Below, piece after piece: positions 1-10,786 of a DNA stretch of 64,000 nucleotides (its first letter is position 1; each line of letters begins with the position of its first letter). Position numbers and translations under genes: made by a program. A model generated the notes under the pieces. It was not told the origin of the DNA and did not search any database. It worked only from the letters and a program-made list of their open reading frames with translations. Source of the DNA: an uncultured Chromatiales bacterium (lineage in GTDB: Bacteria > Pseudomonadota > Gammaproteobacteria > Steroidobacterales > Woeseiaceae); assembly GCA_965368465.1 (NCBI GenBank), contig CBDUMZ010000005.1:35596-99595 (forward strand), written 5' to 3'.

Positions 1-1
1 C

Positions 2-2251
2 AAGAACCTCGACATGTACCGTGAAGGCCTGGCCGACGGCAATGAACGCGTCGTCTCCGGTACGGCCTGGGCCCTGTCCAGCAGTACCGACTACAACGCG
101 AACAGCCTGCTCGAATTCTTCGAGGACGAAGAAGTCTCCAAAGCGGCCCTGATCGAAATCCTGCGGGTTCACAAGCAGGACCTCTCCGTGCACGAACTCC
201 TGCAACGCGCGTACGACTGCGAGCCCAAGGAAACGGCCGCCATCTTCAGAATCATCCAGGACACGATCAAGCCGGAAATGGTCGGCGACCTGATTGCCCG
301 CATGGGCGGCAAGGACCCGGTGATCAAGATCCACCTCATGCAGTTGCTCGCCAAATTCGACAAGCCGGAGATCAACCAGGCGCTGGAAATGCAGCTCAAG
401 GACCCGAACAAGATGGTCCGCGGTGCCGCACTTGGCGCGCTGAGTTCGCGCGGCGGGAAGATCAATGTCGCAAGAGTGGCCGAGGTACTGACCGATCCCG
501 ACCTCGACGTGCAGAGCAAAGCCGTTGACGTGCTGATCAAGGCCAAGCACCCCGATACGGTCAAGCACCTCGTCAACGCGCTCAAGGACGAATCGGAATA
601 CGCACGCCGCGCCGCCGTCGAAGTCCTGAATGAAATCGGTGACGAGTCGTCGGTCAAGGATCTGCTCAATGCGATCAAGGACGACGACTGGTGGGTGCGT
701 TCACGGGCAGGCGACGCGCTGGCGGAGATTGGCGGCCCCCGGGTTGTCGATTCTGTCGTGAGCCTCATCGGCTCCGAGGACGAGGAAATTCGTCGTACCG
801 CGATCGAGATCCTGAATGCGACCAAGAGCGACCGAGCGGAAGATCACCTGATCAAGGCCACCGACGATTCGGACTGGTGGGTGCGTGAGCGCGCGATCGA
901 CGCGCTGTCGAAGATCGGCAGCACCAAGTCACTGCCGAAACTCGAGGGCATGCTCGGGCAAAACCCCAAGACCGATACCGTGCTGATCCGGGCGCTTGGC
1001 AAGCTCGGATCGTACAAGCACATCACCAAGATCCTGCCGATGCTGCAGCGCCCGGAGCGGGAAGTGCAGCTCGAGGCCATCAAGGCGATCTCACACCTGA
1101 CCAACGACTCCCAGGCCGAGACCGTTCGCGTCCTGCTCAAGAAGATCAAGCAGTCCGAAGATCTCACGATCATCAACGCCGCCGACAAGGCGCTCAAGGA
1201 TCTCGATGACCGCTTCTCGCCGACGGTCATGGAACAGAATGCCCGCGCCAAGAAGATCGCGGAAAACACCAAGACGATGCTCGTCGACAACGAGGATCTC
1301 GAGAAGCTGTTGCAGCAGGCCAAGGAAGAAAGCGCCGTTGCGCAGGCGGATGCCGACGGCGACATCGTCCCGGCGACACCGGCCGCAGCGGCCGCGGTCT
1401 CTCACCCGATCCTCGATATCTCCAAGCTCAACCCTGGCGACATCATCGAAGGCCGCTACAAGTACATCGAGAAAATCGGCAAGGGTGCGTTCGGTACCGT
1501 GCTGCTCATGGAAGACGAGGTCGTCGACGAACAACTCATTCTCAAGTTCCTGAACCCGAACGTGTCTTCTGACGAAGAGATGATGAAGCGTTTCGTTCAC
1601 GAGCTGCGCTATTCGCGCAAAATCACACACCGCAACGTCATCCGTATTTACGACTTCCTGCATTTGCAGGGCTGTTACGCGATCTCGATGGAATACTTCC
1701 CCTCGCACACCCTGTCCGGCGAAATGCCGGACAACAAGCCGATGCCACTGGAAAAAGCGCTGCGCTACTCCCGGGATATGGCAACGGGCATGGCCGTGGC
1801 CCACCAGGCCGGTGTCATCCACCGCGATCTCAAGCCGGCGAATATCCTCGTCAATGACGAGGGCCTGCTGAAGATCGTGGACTTCGGCGTGGCAGCGGCG
1901 GCCAGTAGCGGCGATACGCAATTGACCAAGACCGGTTACGTCATCGGCTCGCCGAAATACATGGCGCCCGAGCAGATTCTCGGCAAGAAAGTCGACGAGA
2001 CCGCCGACGTCTACAGCGTCGGCGTCATCATGTACGAAATGTGTACCGGTATACCGCCATACAGTCGTGGCGACCACATGTCGGTCATGTACCAGCATGT
2101 CCAGGGCAAGGCCAAGGACTGCCAGGAGATCAATCCCGAGCTGCCGGACGATTTCGCCGCCGTCATCGTCAAAGCCATGTCTGTCGACAAGACGAAGCGC
2201 TACCAGTCGATGGAAGAGCTTACAGACGCGTTAGATACCGTTAAACTCTGA
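2..2251 (+). CDS. HEAT-repeat protein fused to a C-terminal Hanks-type Ser/Thr protein kinase (5' end probably cut by the window edge)
   Basis: ORF 14..2251. The frame stays open back to nt 2. The N-terminal ~430 aa is a run of HEAT/PBS-lyase-like repeats (DPNKMVRGAALGALS, DESEYARRAAVEVLNEIG, DDDWWVRSRAGDALAEIG, SEDEEIRRTAIEILN, DDSDWWVRERAIDALSKIG). The C-terminal ~270 aa carries kinase motifs GKGAFGTV, HRDLKPANIL, DFGVA and SPKYMAPE. Confidence 0.85.
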   Translation, partial: KNLDMYREGLADGNERVVSGTAWALSSSTDYNANSLLEFFEDEEVSKAALIEILRVHKQDLSVHELLQRAYDCEPKETAAIFRIIQDTIKPEMVGDLIARMGGKDPVIKIHLMQLLAKFDKPEINQALEMQLKDPNKMVRGAALGALSSRGGKINVARVAEVLTDPDLDVQSKAVDVLIKAKHPDTVKHLVNALKDESEYARRAAVEVLNEIGDESSVKDLLNAIKDDDWWVRSRAGDALAEIGGPRVVDSVVSLIGSEDEEIRRTAIEILNATKSDRAEDHLIKATDDSDWWVRERAIDALSKIGSTKSLPKLEGMLGQNPKTDTVLIRALGKLGSYKHITKILPMLQRPEREVQLEAIKAISHLTNDSQAETVRVLLKKIKQSEDLTIINAADKALKDLDDRFSPTVMEQNARAKKIAENTKTMLVDNEDLEKLLQQAKEESAVAQADADGDIVPATPAAAAAVSHPILDISKLNPGDIIEGRYKYIEKIGKGAFGTVLLMEDEVVDEQLILKFLNPNVSSDEEMMKRFVHELRYSRKITHRNVIRIYDFLHLQGCYAISMEYFPSHTLSGEMPDNKPMPLEKALRYSRDMATGMAVAHQAGVIHRDLKPANILVNDEGLLKIVDFGVAAAASSGDTQLTKTGYVIGSPKYMAPEQILGKKVDETADVYSVGVIMYEMCTGIPPYSRGDHMSVMYQHVQGKAKDCQEINPELPDDFAAVIVKAMSVDKTKRYQSMEELTDALDTVKL

Positions 2252-2258
2252 GCCGCAT

Positions 2259-3368
2259 ATGGCACGCATAGACGCATTCCTCAAGTTAGGCCTCGCCCAG
2301 GGCTGTTCCGACGTCCACCTGGCCGTCGGCGTTCCCCCGATGCTGCGCATGAACGGCGACCTGATGCCCATCAAGTTCCGCGAGCTCACCGATACCGAAC
2401 TCGAGTCCTACCTGCACGAGATCCTGACCAACAAGCAGAAGGAGCGACTCTTCGAAGGGCACGACCTCGACTTCTCCTACGTTGGCGAAGAAAGCGGACG
2501 CTTCCGTGTGAACGTGTTCCGCAAGGCAACCGGGATGGGCGCCGTGTTCAGGTATATCCCCCCCGATGTGCCCACGCTCGATCAGCTCAATGTCCCGCCG
2601 GTACTCAAGGACTTTTGCGACTACCACCAGGGCATGGTGCTGGTCACCGGCAGCACGGGTACCGGTAAGTCGACGACCCTGGCCGCGATGATCGACCACC
2701 TGAACAAGACCCGGAACCTCAATATCATCAGCCTCGAAGACCCGATCGAGTTTGTTCACCCGAGCAAACAGAGCCAGGTCATCCAGCGCGAAGTCGGTAC
2801 GCATGTCGTGAGCTTTGCCGATGGTGTGCGCTCGGCCATGCGCGAAGACCCCGATGTGATTCTCGTCGGCGAGCTGCGCGATGCCGAGACCATATCGATG
2901 GCCATGACGGCCGCCGAAACCGGCCACCTCGTACTCGGCACGCTGCATACAACCGGTGCCGTCAAGACCATCGACCGAATTATCGACGCCCTGCCCGGCG
3001 AACTGCGCGAGCAGACCAAGGGCTTCCTCGCGATGAGCCTCAAGGCCGTCGTGACCCAGGTGCTCGTGAAAACACCCGATGGGCGCGGTCGTCGGGCCGT
3101 CCTCGAGATCCTTGTCAACAATCGCGCCATTGCCAAGCTGATCACGAGCGACCAGACGCACCAGATTTCGTCACAGCTGCAGACCGGCAAGGACCTCGGC
3201 ATGCAGGTCATGGACCAGGCCCTGCTCGATGCGATCAGCGCCAAGGAAGTCGATCCCGACGATGCAATCCGCTTCGCGAACGACAAGAAGAAATTCCAGC
3301 GCTTCGTGACCGATACCGACATGTTCCCGACGATCGACATCGGCGACGGGTCGAAGGTATCGCCATGA
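2259..3368 (+). CDS. PilT/PilU-family type IV pilus retraction ATPase paralogue (divergent, with a C-terminal extension)
   Basis: Walker A GSTGTGKST, then LEDPIEF, REDPDVILVGELRD and TGHLVLGTLHT, the PilT-family signatures. Starts 8 nt after the kinase stop. Has a ~30-aa C-terminal tail not seen in canonical PilT. Confidence 0.88.
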   Translation: MARIDAFLKLGLAQGCSDVHLAVGVPPMLRMNGDLMPIKFRELTDTELESYLHEILTNKQKERLFEGHDLDFSYVGEESGRFRVNVFRKATGMGAVFRYIPPDVPTLDQLNVPPVLKDFCDYHQGMVLVTGSTGTGKSTTLAAMIDHLNKTRNLNIISLEDPIEFVHPSKQSQVIQREVGTHVVSFADGVRSAMREDPDVILVGELRDAETISMAMTAAETGHLVLGTLHTTGAVKTIDRIIDALPGELREQTKGFLAMSLKAVVTQVLVKTPDGRGRRAVLEILVNNRAIAKLITSDQTHQISSQLQTGKDLGMQVMDQALLDAISAKEVDPDDAIRFANDKKKFQRFVTDTDMFPTIDIGDGSKVSP

Positions 3369-4429
3369 AGAAGATGGACAAGTTCCTGCAGGCCGCGCTG
3401 CAGCAGAGCGCCTCGGACCTGCACTTCCTGTCCGGCGATCCACCACGCATACGCGTGCATGGCGGATTGAAGAACCTCATGAACGAGTCCCTGACCCTGG
3501 AATTCGTCAACGACGCCGTCTTCGAAATCATGGACGGCGCAGCACAGAAGACCTTTGAGCGGCAGGACGCGGCGGACTTCGCTTACGAAATTCCGGGCGT
3601 TTCGCGCTTTCGCGTAAACGCATTCCGGCATCTCAATGGCATCGGTGCGATTTTCCGGGCGATTCCTTCGTCGGCCATGTCACTGGAAGAACTGGACATG
3701 CCCAAGGTCGTGCACCAGCTCTGCAAGTACACGTCGGGCATGATTCTCGTGACCGGCAAGACCGGCTCGGGCAAGTCCACGACGCTTGCGGCGATGATCG
3801 ACGAAATGAACCGTCGCATGAAGGGTCATATCCTCACGATCGAGGACCCGATCGAGTTCGTCCACAAGGCCAAAGGCTGCCTGATCAGCCAGCGCGAGGT
3901 CGGCGTCCACAGCCCGAACTTCGCCGAAGCGCTGCACTCGGCCCTGCGCGAGGATCCGGACGTCATCCTCGTCGGCGAAATGCGCGATCTCGAGACGATC
4001 AGCATTGCCGTCACGGCGGCCGAGATGGGTATCCTCGTGATGGGCACGCTGCACACCAACGGCGCGGCCCAGACTGTCGATCGCATCATCAACTCGTTCC
4101 CGGCCGACAAGCAGTCGCACATTCGCACGATGATCTCGACCTCGTTGCGGGGCGTCATTTCCCAGCAACTGCTGCCCACGATCCACCGTCCGGGTCGCGC
4201 GGCGGCACTCGAAATCATGATCAATACGTCGGCGGTCGCCAACCTCATCCGCCAGGGCAAGCTGGACCAGCTCGAAACGGCCATCCAGAGTGGCGGTGCG
4301 TCCGGCATGCAGGCGATGGACAAAGCGCTGATGCAGCTTGTCGAGAAAGGCTGGGTCTCGGGCTACGAAGCCTACCTGCAGGCCAACAACAAACACATGT
4401 TCGAGAAAGTCAAAGACATGGACTCCTAG
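3365..4429 (+). CDS. pilT: Twitching-motility ATPase PilT
   Basis: Collinear with canonical PilT from memory: ASDLHF, FRVNAFRH, GKTGSGKSTTLAAMID, IEDPIEFVH, REDPDVILVGEMRDLETI, GTLHTNGAAQTVDRII. Its ATG overlaps the upstream stop (ATGA). Confidence 0.92.
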   Translation: MKKMDKFLQAALQQSASDLHFLSGDPPRIRVHGGLKNLMNESLTLEFVNDAVFEIMDGAAQKTFERQDAADFAYEIPGVSRFRVNAFRHLNGIGAIFRAIPSSAMSLEELDMPKVVHQLCKYTSGMILVTGKTGSGKSTTLAAMIDEMNRRMKGHILTIEDPIEFVHKAKGCLISQREVGVHSPNFAEALHSALREDPDVILVGEMRDLETISIAVTAAEMGILVMGTLHTNGAAQTVDRIINSFPADKQSHIRTMISTSLRGVISQQLLPTIHRPGRAAALEIMINTSAVANLIRQGKLDQLETAIQSGGASGMQAMDKALMQLVEKGWVSGYEAYLQANNKHMFEKVKDMDS

Positions 4430-4466
4430 GAGCCAACCGGCGCAAATACTGGCATAATCGCGCCCC

Positions 4467-6476
4467 ATGTCAGACAGTCCACGAAAAATTCTCGTAACGA
4501 GCGCACTGCCGTATGTCAACGGCTCGCCCCACATGGGCCATCTCGTCGAATACATCCAGACGGATATCTGGGTGCGCTTCCAGAAGCTCCGCGGTCACGA
4601 CTGTATCTACGTGTGCGCGTCCGACGCCCATGGCACACCCATCATGCTCAAGGCGCGAGAACTCGGCATTACGCCCGAAGAGCTTACGGCCGGGTATTCA
4701 GCCGAGTTCATCCGGGACTTCGCGGATTTCGGCGTCGACTTCGACAACTTCCACACGACGCATTCTCCCGAGAACGAGGAGATCGTCGGCCGCATGTATG
4801 CCGCGCTGCGCGAGAGCGGCGACATCTATACACGGACGATCGAACAGTCCTACGACGAGAAAGAAGGCATGTTCCTGCCGGACCGTTTCGTCAAGGGTAC
4901 GTGCCCGCGTTGCAAGAGCGAGGACCAGTATGGCGATGCCTGCGAGGTGTGCGGGGCAACCTACGCCCCCGAAGACCTGATCGACCCGGTATCGGTGCTG
5001 TCCGGCACGGCACCCGTCAAGCGTGAGTCCGAGCACTATTTCTTCAGACTCAGCGAGTACGAAGACCGGCTGCGTGAATGGATGGCCGTTGCGAAACTGG
5101 ACAAGAACGTTGTCGCCAAGCTCGATGAGTGGTTTGAGGCCGGCCTGCAGGACTGGGATATCTCGCGCGACGCACCCTATTTCGGCTTCCGCATCCCGGG
5201 CACGCAGGACAAGTACTTCTATGTCTGGCTCGACGCACCCGTCGGTTACATGGCGAGCTTCAAGCACCTCTGCGACCGCACCAAGGGCCTCGAGTTCGAC
5301 GACTACTGGGGAGCAGACAGCGACGCCGAGGTGTATCACTTCATCGGCAAGGACATCATGTATTTCCACACGCTGTTCTGGCCCGCGGTACTCAAGGGCG
5401 CGGGCTTTCGGACGCCGACCAGCGTGTATGCACACGGCTTCCTGACCGTGAACGGGCAAAAGATGTCGAAGTCACGCGGCACCTTTATCAAGGCCCGTAC
5501 GTACCTCGACAATCTCAATCCGGAGTTCCTGCGTTACTACTACGCGGCGAAGCTCGGACCGACCATTGAAGATATCGACCTGAACTTCGACGACTTCATC
5601 GCGCGCGTCAACTCCGATCTGGTTGGCAAGCTGGTCAACATCGCCAGCCGCTGTGCGGGTTTTATCAGCAAGCGCTTTGACGGCAAGCTGGCCGACACGC
5701 TGCCGGACCCCGAGCTTTTCGACACGTCGTTTGCCGCGGCGGCCGCGCAGATCGCGGAGTTCTACGAGTCCAGGCAGTATTCGAAAGCCATGCGACTGAT
5801 CATGAGCCTGGCCGACACGGCGAACCAGTACATCGATGAACACAAACCCTGGGTCATGGCGAAGGACGAGAGCCAGCTCGCCAACGTTCAACTCGTGTGC
5901 ACCCAGGGCATCAACATGTTCCGCAGCCTCATGGTGTATCTCTCACCCGTGATTCCCCGCGTTGCCGCCGACGCCCGCGTCTTCCTCGACGAAGGCAATT
6001 GGAGCTGGCAGGACGCAGGCACGCCGTTGCTTGGCGTAACGCTGCCCAAATTCAATCCCCTGCTAACCCGCGTCGAAGCCGACCAGGTCGCACGCATGGT
6101 CGAACAGTCGAAAGAGAGCACACCAGTGGCTGCAACGGAAAAAGAAAACGAGTACATCAGCATCGACGATTTCGCAAAGGTCGATCTGCGCATCGCGAAG
6201 ATCGAGAAGGCCGAACCCGTTGAGGGTGCCGACAAGCTCCTGGCACTGACACTCGATGTCGGTGACGGCAAGCGACAGGTCTTCGCCGGTATCAAGGCCG
6301 CCTACGATCCTGAGTCGTTGCCTGGCCGTCACGTGATCGTCGTTGCCAACCTTGCCCCGCGCAAGATGCGCTTCGGCGTCTCGGAGGGCATGGTGTTGGC
6401 AGCCGGTCCGGGCGGTGAGGATATCTTCCTGTTGTCACCCGATGACGGTGCAAAACCGGGCATGCGCGTCAAGTAG
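4467..6476 (+). CDS. metG: Methionine--tRNA ligase with C-terminal tRNA-binding domain
   Basis: HIGH-type motif PHMGHLVEY, zinc knuckle [23 protein letters not shown] motif, and a C-terminal Trbp111/EMAP-like domain ([12 protein letters not shown]...MVLAA). Confidence 0.97.
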   Translation: MSDSPRKILVTSALPYVNGSPHMGHLVEYIQTDIWVRFQKLRGHDCIYVCASDAHGTPIMLKARELGITPEELTAGYSAEFIRDFADFGVDFDNFHTTHSPENEEIVGRMYAALRESGDIYTRTIEQSYDEKEGMFLPDRFVKGTCPRCKSEDQYGDACEVCGATYAPEDLIDPVSVLSGTAPVKRESEHYFFRLSEYEDRLREWMAVAKLDKNVVAKLDEWFEAGLQDWDISRDAPYFGFRIPGTQDKYFYVWLDAPVGYMASFKHLCDRTKGLEFDDYWGADSDAEVYHFIGKDIMYFHTLFWPAVLKGAGFRTPTSVYAHGFLTVNGQKMSKSRGTFIKARTYLDNLNPEFLRYYYAAKLGPTIEDIDLNFDDFIARVNSDLVGKLVNIASRCAGFISKRFDGKLADTLPDPELFDTSFAAAAAQIAEFYESRQYSKAMRLIMSLADTANQYIDEHKPWVMAKDESQLANVQLVCTQGINMFRSLMVYLSPVIPRVAADARVFLDEGNWSWQDAGTPLLGVTLPKFNPLLTRVEADQVARMVEQSKESTPVAATEKENEYISIDDFAKVDLRIAKIEKAEPVEGADKLLALTLDVGDGKRQVFAGIKAAYDPESLPGRHVIVVANLAPRKMRFGVSEGMVLAAGPGGEDIFLLSPDDGAKPGMRVK

Positions 6477-6509
6477 TCGTCCCGGCGCCCTAACCCGTAC
6501 AATAGAGGC

Positions 6510-7091
6510 ATGACCGAACTCTTCGTCATCCTCATCAGCACGGTACTCGTCAACAACTTCGTACTGGTGCGCTTCCTGGGGCTCTGCCCGTTCCTCGGCG
6601 TATCCCGAAATCTCGAGGCGGCGATGGGTATGTCGCTGGCCACGGCTTTCGTCCTGACCTTGTCGTCAGCCACGGCGTACCTGCTGCACGCGTATGTGCT
6701 GGTCCCGCTCGACCTCGAGTACCTGCGCACCATAGGCTTCATTCTCGTCATCGCTGCGAGTGTGCAGTTCACCGAGATCATGGTGCGCCGCATGAGCCCG
6801 ATGCTCGACCAGGTGCTGGGTATCTACATTCCGCTGATCGCGACGAATTGTGCCGTACTCGGCGTTGCGTTGCTCAACGTGCAGCAGGCCAAGGGCTTTG
6901 TGCAATCCGTCTTCTACGGATTCGGCGCGTCGGTGGGTTTCGCGCTCGTCCTTGTCATGTTTGCGGCCATTCGTGAGCGGCTCGATGCCGCGGACATCCC
7001 GGCGCCCTTTCGCGGCACCGCCATTGCGCTGATGACCGCCGGTATCATGTCGCTGGCATTCATGGGCTTCTCGGGTATGGCAAGGCCCTGA
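6510..7091 (+). CDS. rnfA: Rnf/Rsx electron transport complex subunit A
   Basis: 193-aa polytopic membrane protein with [11 protein letters not shown] and [12 protein letters not shown] motifs. First gene of an rnfABCDGE array. Confidence 0.95.
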   Translation: MTELFVILISTVLVNNFVLVRFLGLCPFLGVSRNLEAAMGMSLATAFVLTLSSATAYLLHAYVLVPLDLEYLRTIGFILVIAASVQFTEIMVRRMSPMLDQVLGIYIPLIATNCAVLGVALLNVQQAKGFVQSVFYGFGASVGFALVLVMFAAIRERLDAADIPAPFRGTAIALMTAGIMSLAFMGFSGMARP

Positions 7092-7100
7092 TGCCCCCGT

Positions 7101-7583
7101 ATGTGGATCGCCATACTCACAATCGCCGGAATCGCACTTGTCGCAGGCATCGCGCTGAGCATCGCCCATGGCCGACTGCCGGCCGGCGAGAGCAACCTCG
7201 TGGAGCAGGTCAATGACCTGCTGCCGCAAACGCAATGTGCGCAATGCGGCTACCCCGGCTGCAGACCCTACGCGGCCGCCGTTGTCGATGGCTCGGCGGC
7301 GATCAACCTCTGCCCCCCGGGCGGTGACGACACGGTACGCCGACTGGCACGGTTGCTTGGCAAGGACCCCCTGCCCCTGGCCGCAAGCCTTGCGCCGGCC
7401 GTTGCGGTTATCGATGAACCTGCCTGTATCGGCTGTTATCTCTGCCGCAACGCCTGCCCGGTGGATGCGATCGTCGGCGCTCACCAGTTCATGCACACGG
7501 TTATCGAAAGCGAGTGCACGGGTTGCGAACTCTGTATCGCGCCCTGTCCCGTGGATTGCATCACGATGAGGCCGTTGCCGTGA
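7101..7583 (+). CDS. rnfB: Rnf complex subunit B (Fe-S)
   Basis: N-terminal TM helix, LPQTQCAQCGYPGCRPYA, CPPGG, and two ferredoxin motifs CIGCYLCRNACP and CTGCELCIAPCP. Confidence 0.93.
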   Translation: MWIAILTIAGIALVAGIALSIAHGRLPAGESNLVEQVNDLLPQTQCAQCGYPGCRPYAAAVVDGSAAINLCPPGGDDTVRRLARLLGKDPLPLAASLAPAVAVIDEPACIGCYLCRNACPVDAIVGAHQFMHTVIESECTGCELCIAPCPVDCITMRPLP

Positions 7584-9097
7584 GTGCGCCTACCTATGAT
7601 CTCGGCAAGCTGCACGGCGGGCTGCGGCTGGAGGGTCACAAGCAAGCCTCCACCGCGCAGCCGATCCTCGACGTACCGCTGCCGGCACAGCTCGTACTGC
7701 CGCTCGAGCAGCATGTTGGCGCGCCGGCACAGCCGGTGGTTAGCGTTGGTGATCGCGTGCTCAAGGGCCAGCTCCTCGCGGAGCCCGACGGTGAACTCGG
7801 TGCGCCCGTGCACGCATCGTCCTCCGGCACGGTCGTCGCCATCGAAAGCTGGCCCGTGTCACGACGCAACGGCGACAAGGCGCCGTGCATCGTGATTGAG
7901 TGCGATGGCAAGGACGAGGCACTGGCCGCCACCGCCGGCACCGACTACCTTTCCCGGGCCCCGGCCGATCTCCTGTTAAGAATTCTCGACGGCGGTATCG
8001 TCGGCCTTGGTGGCGCCGTATTTCCGACGGCGCAGAAGCTCATGCAGGCACGTACCGGCGAGCTGGAGTTCCTCATTCTCAATGGCGTCGAATGCGAGCC
8101 ATATATCAGTTGCGACGACGTACTCATGCGTGAATGTGCACCGGCAATACTGAGTGGTGCGAAAATCCTCATGCACGCGCTCCAGGTCAACGCATGCTAC
8201 GTCGTGGTTGAGAGCGACAAACCCGAAGCCATCGCACGCCTCGGCGAAGCACTCGCCGAACTCGGCGACGAGCGCATCGTACTGAAACAGGTGCCGACCA
8301 TTTACCCGTCGGGCGGCGAAGACCAGCTCGTGCAGCTCGTGACGAATCGCGAGGTCCCCAGTGGCGGCTTGCCGACGGACGTGGGCTGCGTCGTCCAGAA
8401 CGTTGGCACGGCAGCAGCGGTGCATGACTGGATCGTCAACAACCAGCCGCTGATCTCTCGCGTGACTACCGTAACGGGCGACGGTGTCGTATCGCCGATC
8501 AATGTCCGCGCGCGGATCGGTACGCCGGTCGAAGAAGTCATCAGGCACGCGGGCGGTTACACAGAGAACGTAAAGCACCTGGTCATCGGCGGCCCGATGA
8601 CCGGCCGGTCTGTCACGACCGACGCAGTGCCGCTTGTCAAAGCGAGTAACTGCGTGCTGGCCCTCGCGGAGCCTGCAACGGCAGGTGACGAACTGCCCTG
8701 CATTCGTTGCGGTGACTGTGCCGCCGTCTGCCCGGTACAGTTGCTGCCGCAGCAGCTGTTCTGGTACGCGTGCGCGGACGATGAACAAAAGTTGCGTGAG
8801 TTCGGTCTGCTCGACTGCATCGAGTGCGGGTGTTGCGATCTCGTCTGCCCGAGTCACATCCCCCTGACCGCGGATTTTCGTATTGCGAAGGGCCGCATCC
8901 GTGAACTTGCCGACGAAAAGGCGCGGGCAGAGCGCGCGCGCCAGCGATTCGAAGCGCGCAACCGGCGTCTCGAGCGGGAACAGCTTGCGCGCGATGCCGA
9001 GCTTTCTCGCCAGAAAGACTCGGCAAAACGTGCGGGCCCTGCCGCGATCGCCGAGATACTGAAACGGAAGCAGGGATCCAGGGATGATTCGGCGTGA
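7580..9097 (+). CDS. rnfC: Rnf complex subunit C
   Basis: GIVGLGGAVFPT, ILNGVECEPY, two 4Fe-4S motifs (CIRCGDCAAVCP, CIECGCCDLVCP). I place the start at GTG 7580, overlapping the rnfB stop (GTGA). The ORF-track ATG at 7514 lies inside rnfB. Confidence 0.9.
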   Translation: MSAPTYDLGKLHGGLRLEGHKQASTAQPILDVPLPAQLVLPLEQHVGAPAQPVVSVGDRVLKGQLLAEPDGELGAPVHASSSGTVVAIESWPVSRRNGDKAPCIVIECDGKDEALAATAGTDYLSRAPADLLLRILDGGIVGLGGAVFPTAQKLMQARTGELEFLILNGVECEPYISCDDVLMRECAPAILSGAKILMHALQVNACYVVVESDKPEAIARLGEALAELGDERIVLKQVPTIYPSGGEDQLVQLVTNREVPSGGLPTDVGCVVQNVGTAAAVHDWIVNNQPLISRVTTVTGDGVVSPINVRARIGTPVEEVIRHAGGYTENVKHLVIGGPMTGRSVTTDAVPLVKASNCVLALAEPATAGDELPCIRCGDCAAVCPVQLLPQQLFWYACADDEQKLREFGLLDCIECGCCDLVCPSHIPLTADFRIAKGRIRELADEKARAERARQRFEARNRRLEREQLARDAELSRQKDSAKRAGPAAIAEILKRKQGSRDDSA

Positions 9098-10149
9098 AGT
9101 TTGAGATTCGTGAAGCGCCGTACTGGTCGCCGCAGGCGAGCGTTGCGTCGATGATGCTGCAGGTTCTTGCAGCACTGGTGCCCGCGGCGATCGCGCATGT
9201 CTGGTTTTTCGGCCCCGGCTTCATCTTCAATCTCCTGGTTGCGGGGATCTTCGCCGTTGCCGGCGAGGCTGTCGTGCTCCGGGCACGGGGAAGACCTGTC
9301 GAGGTCGCGTTAACCGACTACAGCGCGCTGGTCACCGCCGCCCTCCTCGCCTTCGCCCTGCCGTCGCTGACGCCATGGTGGGTTACGGCCACGGGCGCGC
9401 TGTTCGGTGTCGTCGTGGCCAAGCACCTTTACGGCGGGCTGGGCTTCAATATCTTCAATCCGGCGATGGCAGGCTATGTCGTTATTCTCGTGACATTCCC
9501 GATGTACCTGAACCTCTGGACCGCGCCACGGATGGGCGATATCGATTACCAGCAATTGAGTGTTCTGCAAACGCTCGTCTTCACACTGACGGGCAACCTG
9601 CCCGAGATGCTGGGTTTCGACGCCGTCAGTCGCGCGACCCCGCTCGACGTGATGAAGTCCGGCCTCAACAACATGGCAACGGCCACCGAGATTCGCGCCA
9701 ACCCGGTGATGGGTGACTTCGGCGGCCGCGGCTGGGAGTGGATCGGCAATTTCCTCGCCATCGGCGGATTCTGGCTGCTCATTCGCAAGATCATTCGCTG
9801 GCAAATTCCCGCGGGTGTCGGCCTCGGCCTGCTCGGGCCCGCGACGATCATGTACCTGCTCGATCCCGGCAGCAGTCCCGGTCCCGGCTTTCACCTCTTC
9901 GCCGGCGCCACGATCCTCTGCGCGTTTTTCATCGCCACCGACCCGGTATCTGCCGCGACCAGCCCGAAAGGGCGATTCATTTACGGCGTGGGCATCGGTT
10001 TCCTGATCTGGTGCATTCGCCGCTGGGGCAGCTACGCCGACGGCGTCGCGTTCGCCGTGCTGATAATGAACATGGCGGTACCTGCAATCGACTACCTGAC
10101 GCGCCCGCGCATCGTCGGTCATCGAAAAGGAGCGGACGCCGATGGCTGA
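9094..10149 (+). CDS. rnfD: Rnf complex subunit D
   Basis: 351-aa polytopic membrane protein with NqrB/RnfD-like features (GLGFNIFNPAMAGYV, ATDPVSA). The start overlaps the rnfC stop. Confidence 0.93.
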   Translation: MKFEIREAPYWSPQASVASMMLQVLAALVPAAIAHVWFFGPGFIFNLLVAGIFAVAGEAVVLRARGRPVEVALTDYSALVTAALLAFALPSLTPWWVTATGALFGVVVAKHLYGGLGFNIFNPAMAGYVVILVTFPMYLNLWTAPRMGDIDYQQLSVLQTLVFTLTGNLPEMLGFDAVSRATPLDVMKSGLNNMATATEIRANPVMGDFGGRGWEWIGNFLAIGGFWLLIRKIIRWQIPAGVGLGLLGPATIMYLLDPGSSPGPGFHLFAGATILCAFFIATDPVSAATSPKGRFIYGVGIGFLIWCIRRWGSYADGVAFAVLIMNMAVPAIDYLTRPRIVGHRKGADADG

Positions 10150-10786
10150 GAGCTCCGTTATGAGAAGCGGTGTGACGCTGGCCGGTATCGCGGCAATCTG
10201 TACTGCGCTCGTCGCCATCACCTACCAGGTCACGAACGAACGCATCGTCGCAAACGAGCAGGCATGGCTGGAGCAGAGCCTGGCACCGGCGCTGTCCGGC
10301 CTGTTCTTCGACAGCGGCGTCAGCGAGTCGGTGCTGACCATACCCGCGCCGCACGAACTACCCGGTGCGGAGGACGCCATCGTATACCGCGTGTATTCAG
10401 GTGAGTCGCCGGTCGCCGCCCTCTTCGTCGTCAGTGCCCGGGACGGTTACGCGGGCGCCATCCGGTTGCTGATCGGTATCGACGTCGATGGCAAGGTAAC
10501 CGGCGTTCACGTGCTCGCACATCGGGAAACGCCGGGCCTCGGCGATCGGGTCGAGTCGGACAAGTCCGATTGGGTGCAGCAGTTCGACGGCCGCTCGCTC
10601 GGCGACCCGGCACCGGGCGGCTGGCAGATCAAGCGTGACGGTGGCGAGTTTGACCAGCTGACCGGCGCATCCGTCACACCGCGGGCCATCGTCAAGGCGA
10701 TCCGGGAAACCCTGCAATACTTCGATGCAAACGCGGCGGCCATTTTTGCGGCAGAGGCCGATGCCCCGGAAGAGGTTGGCGAATGA
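10142..10786 (+). CDS. rnfG: Rnf complex subunit G (FMN-binding)
   Basis: N-terminal anchor, HRETPGLGD and the FMN attachment region QLTGASVTPRA. Overlaps rnfD by 8 nt. Confidence 0.9.
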   Translation: MAESSVMRSGVTLAGIAAICTALVAITYQVTNERIVANEQAWLEQSLAPALSGLFFDSGVSESVLTIPAPHELPGAEDAIVYRVYSGESPVAALFVVSARDGYAGAIRLLIGIDVDGKVTGVHVLAHRETPGLGDRVESDKSDWVQQFDGRSLGDPAPGGWQIKRDGGEFDQLTGASVTPRAIVKAIRETLQYFDANAAAIFAAEADAPEEVGE

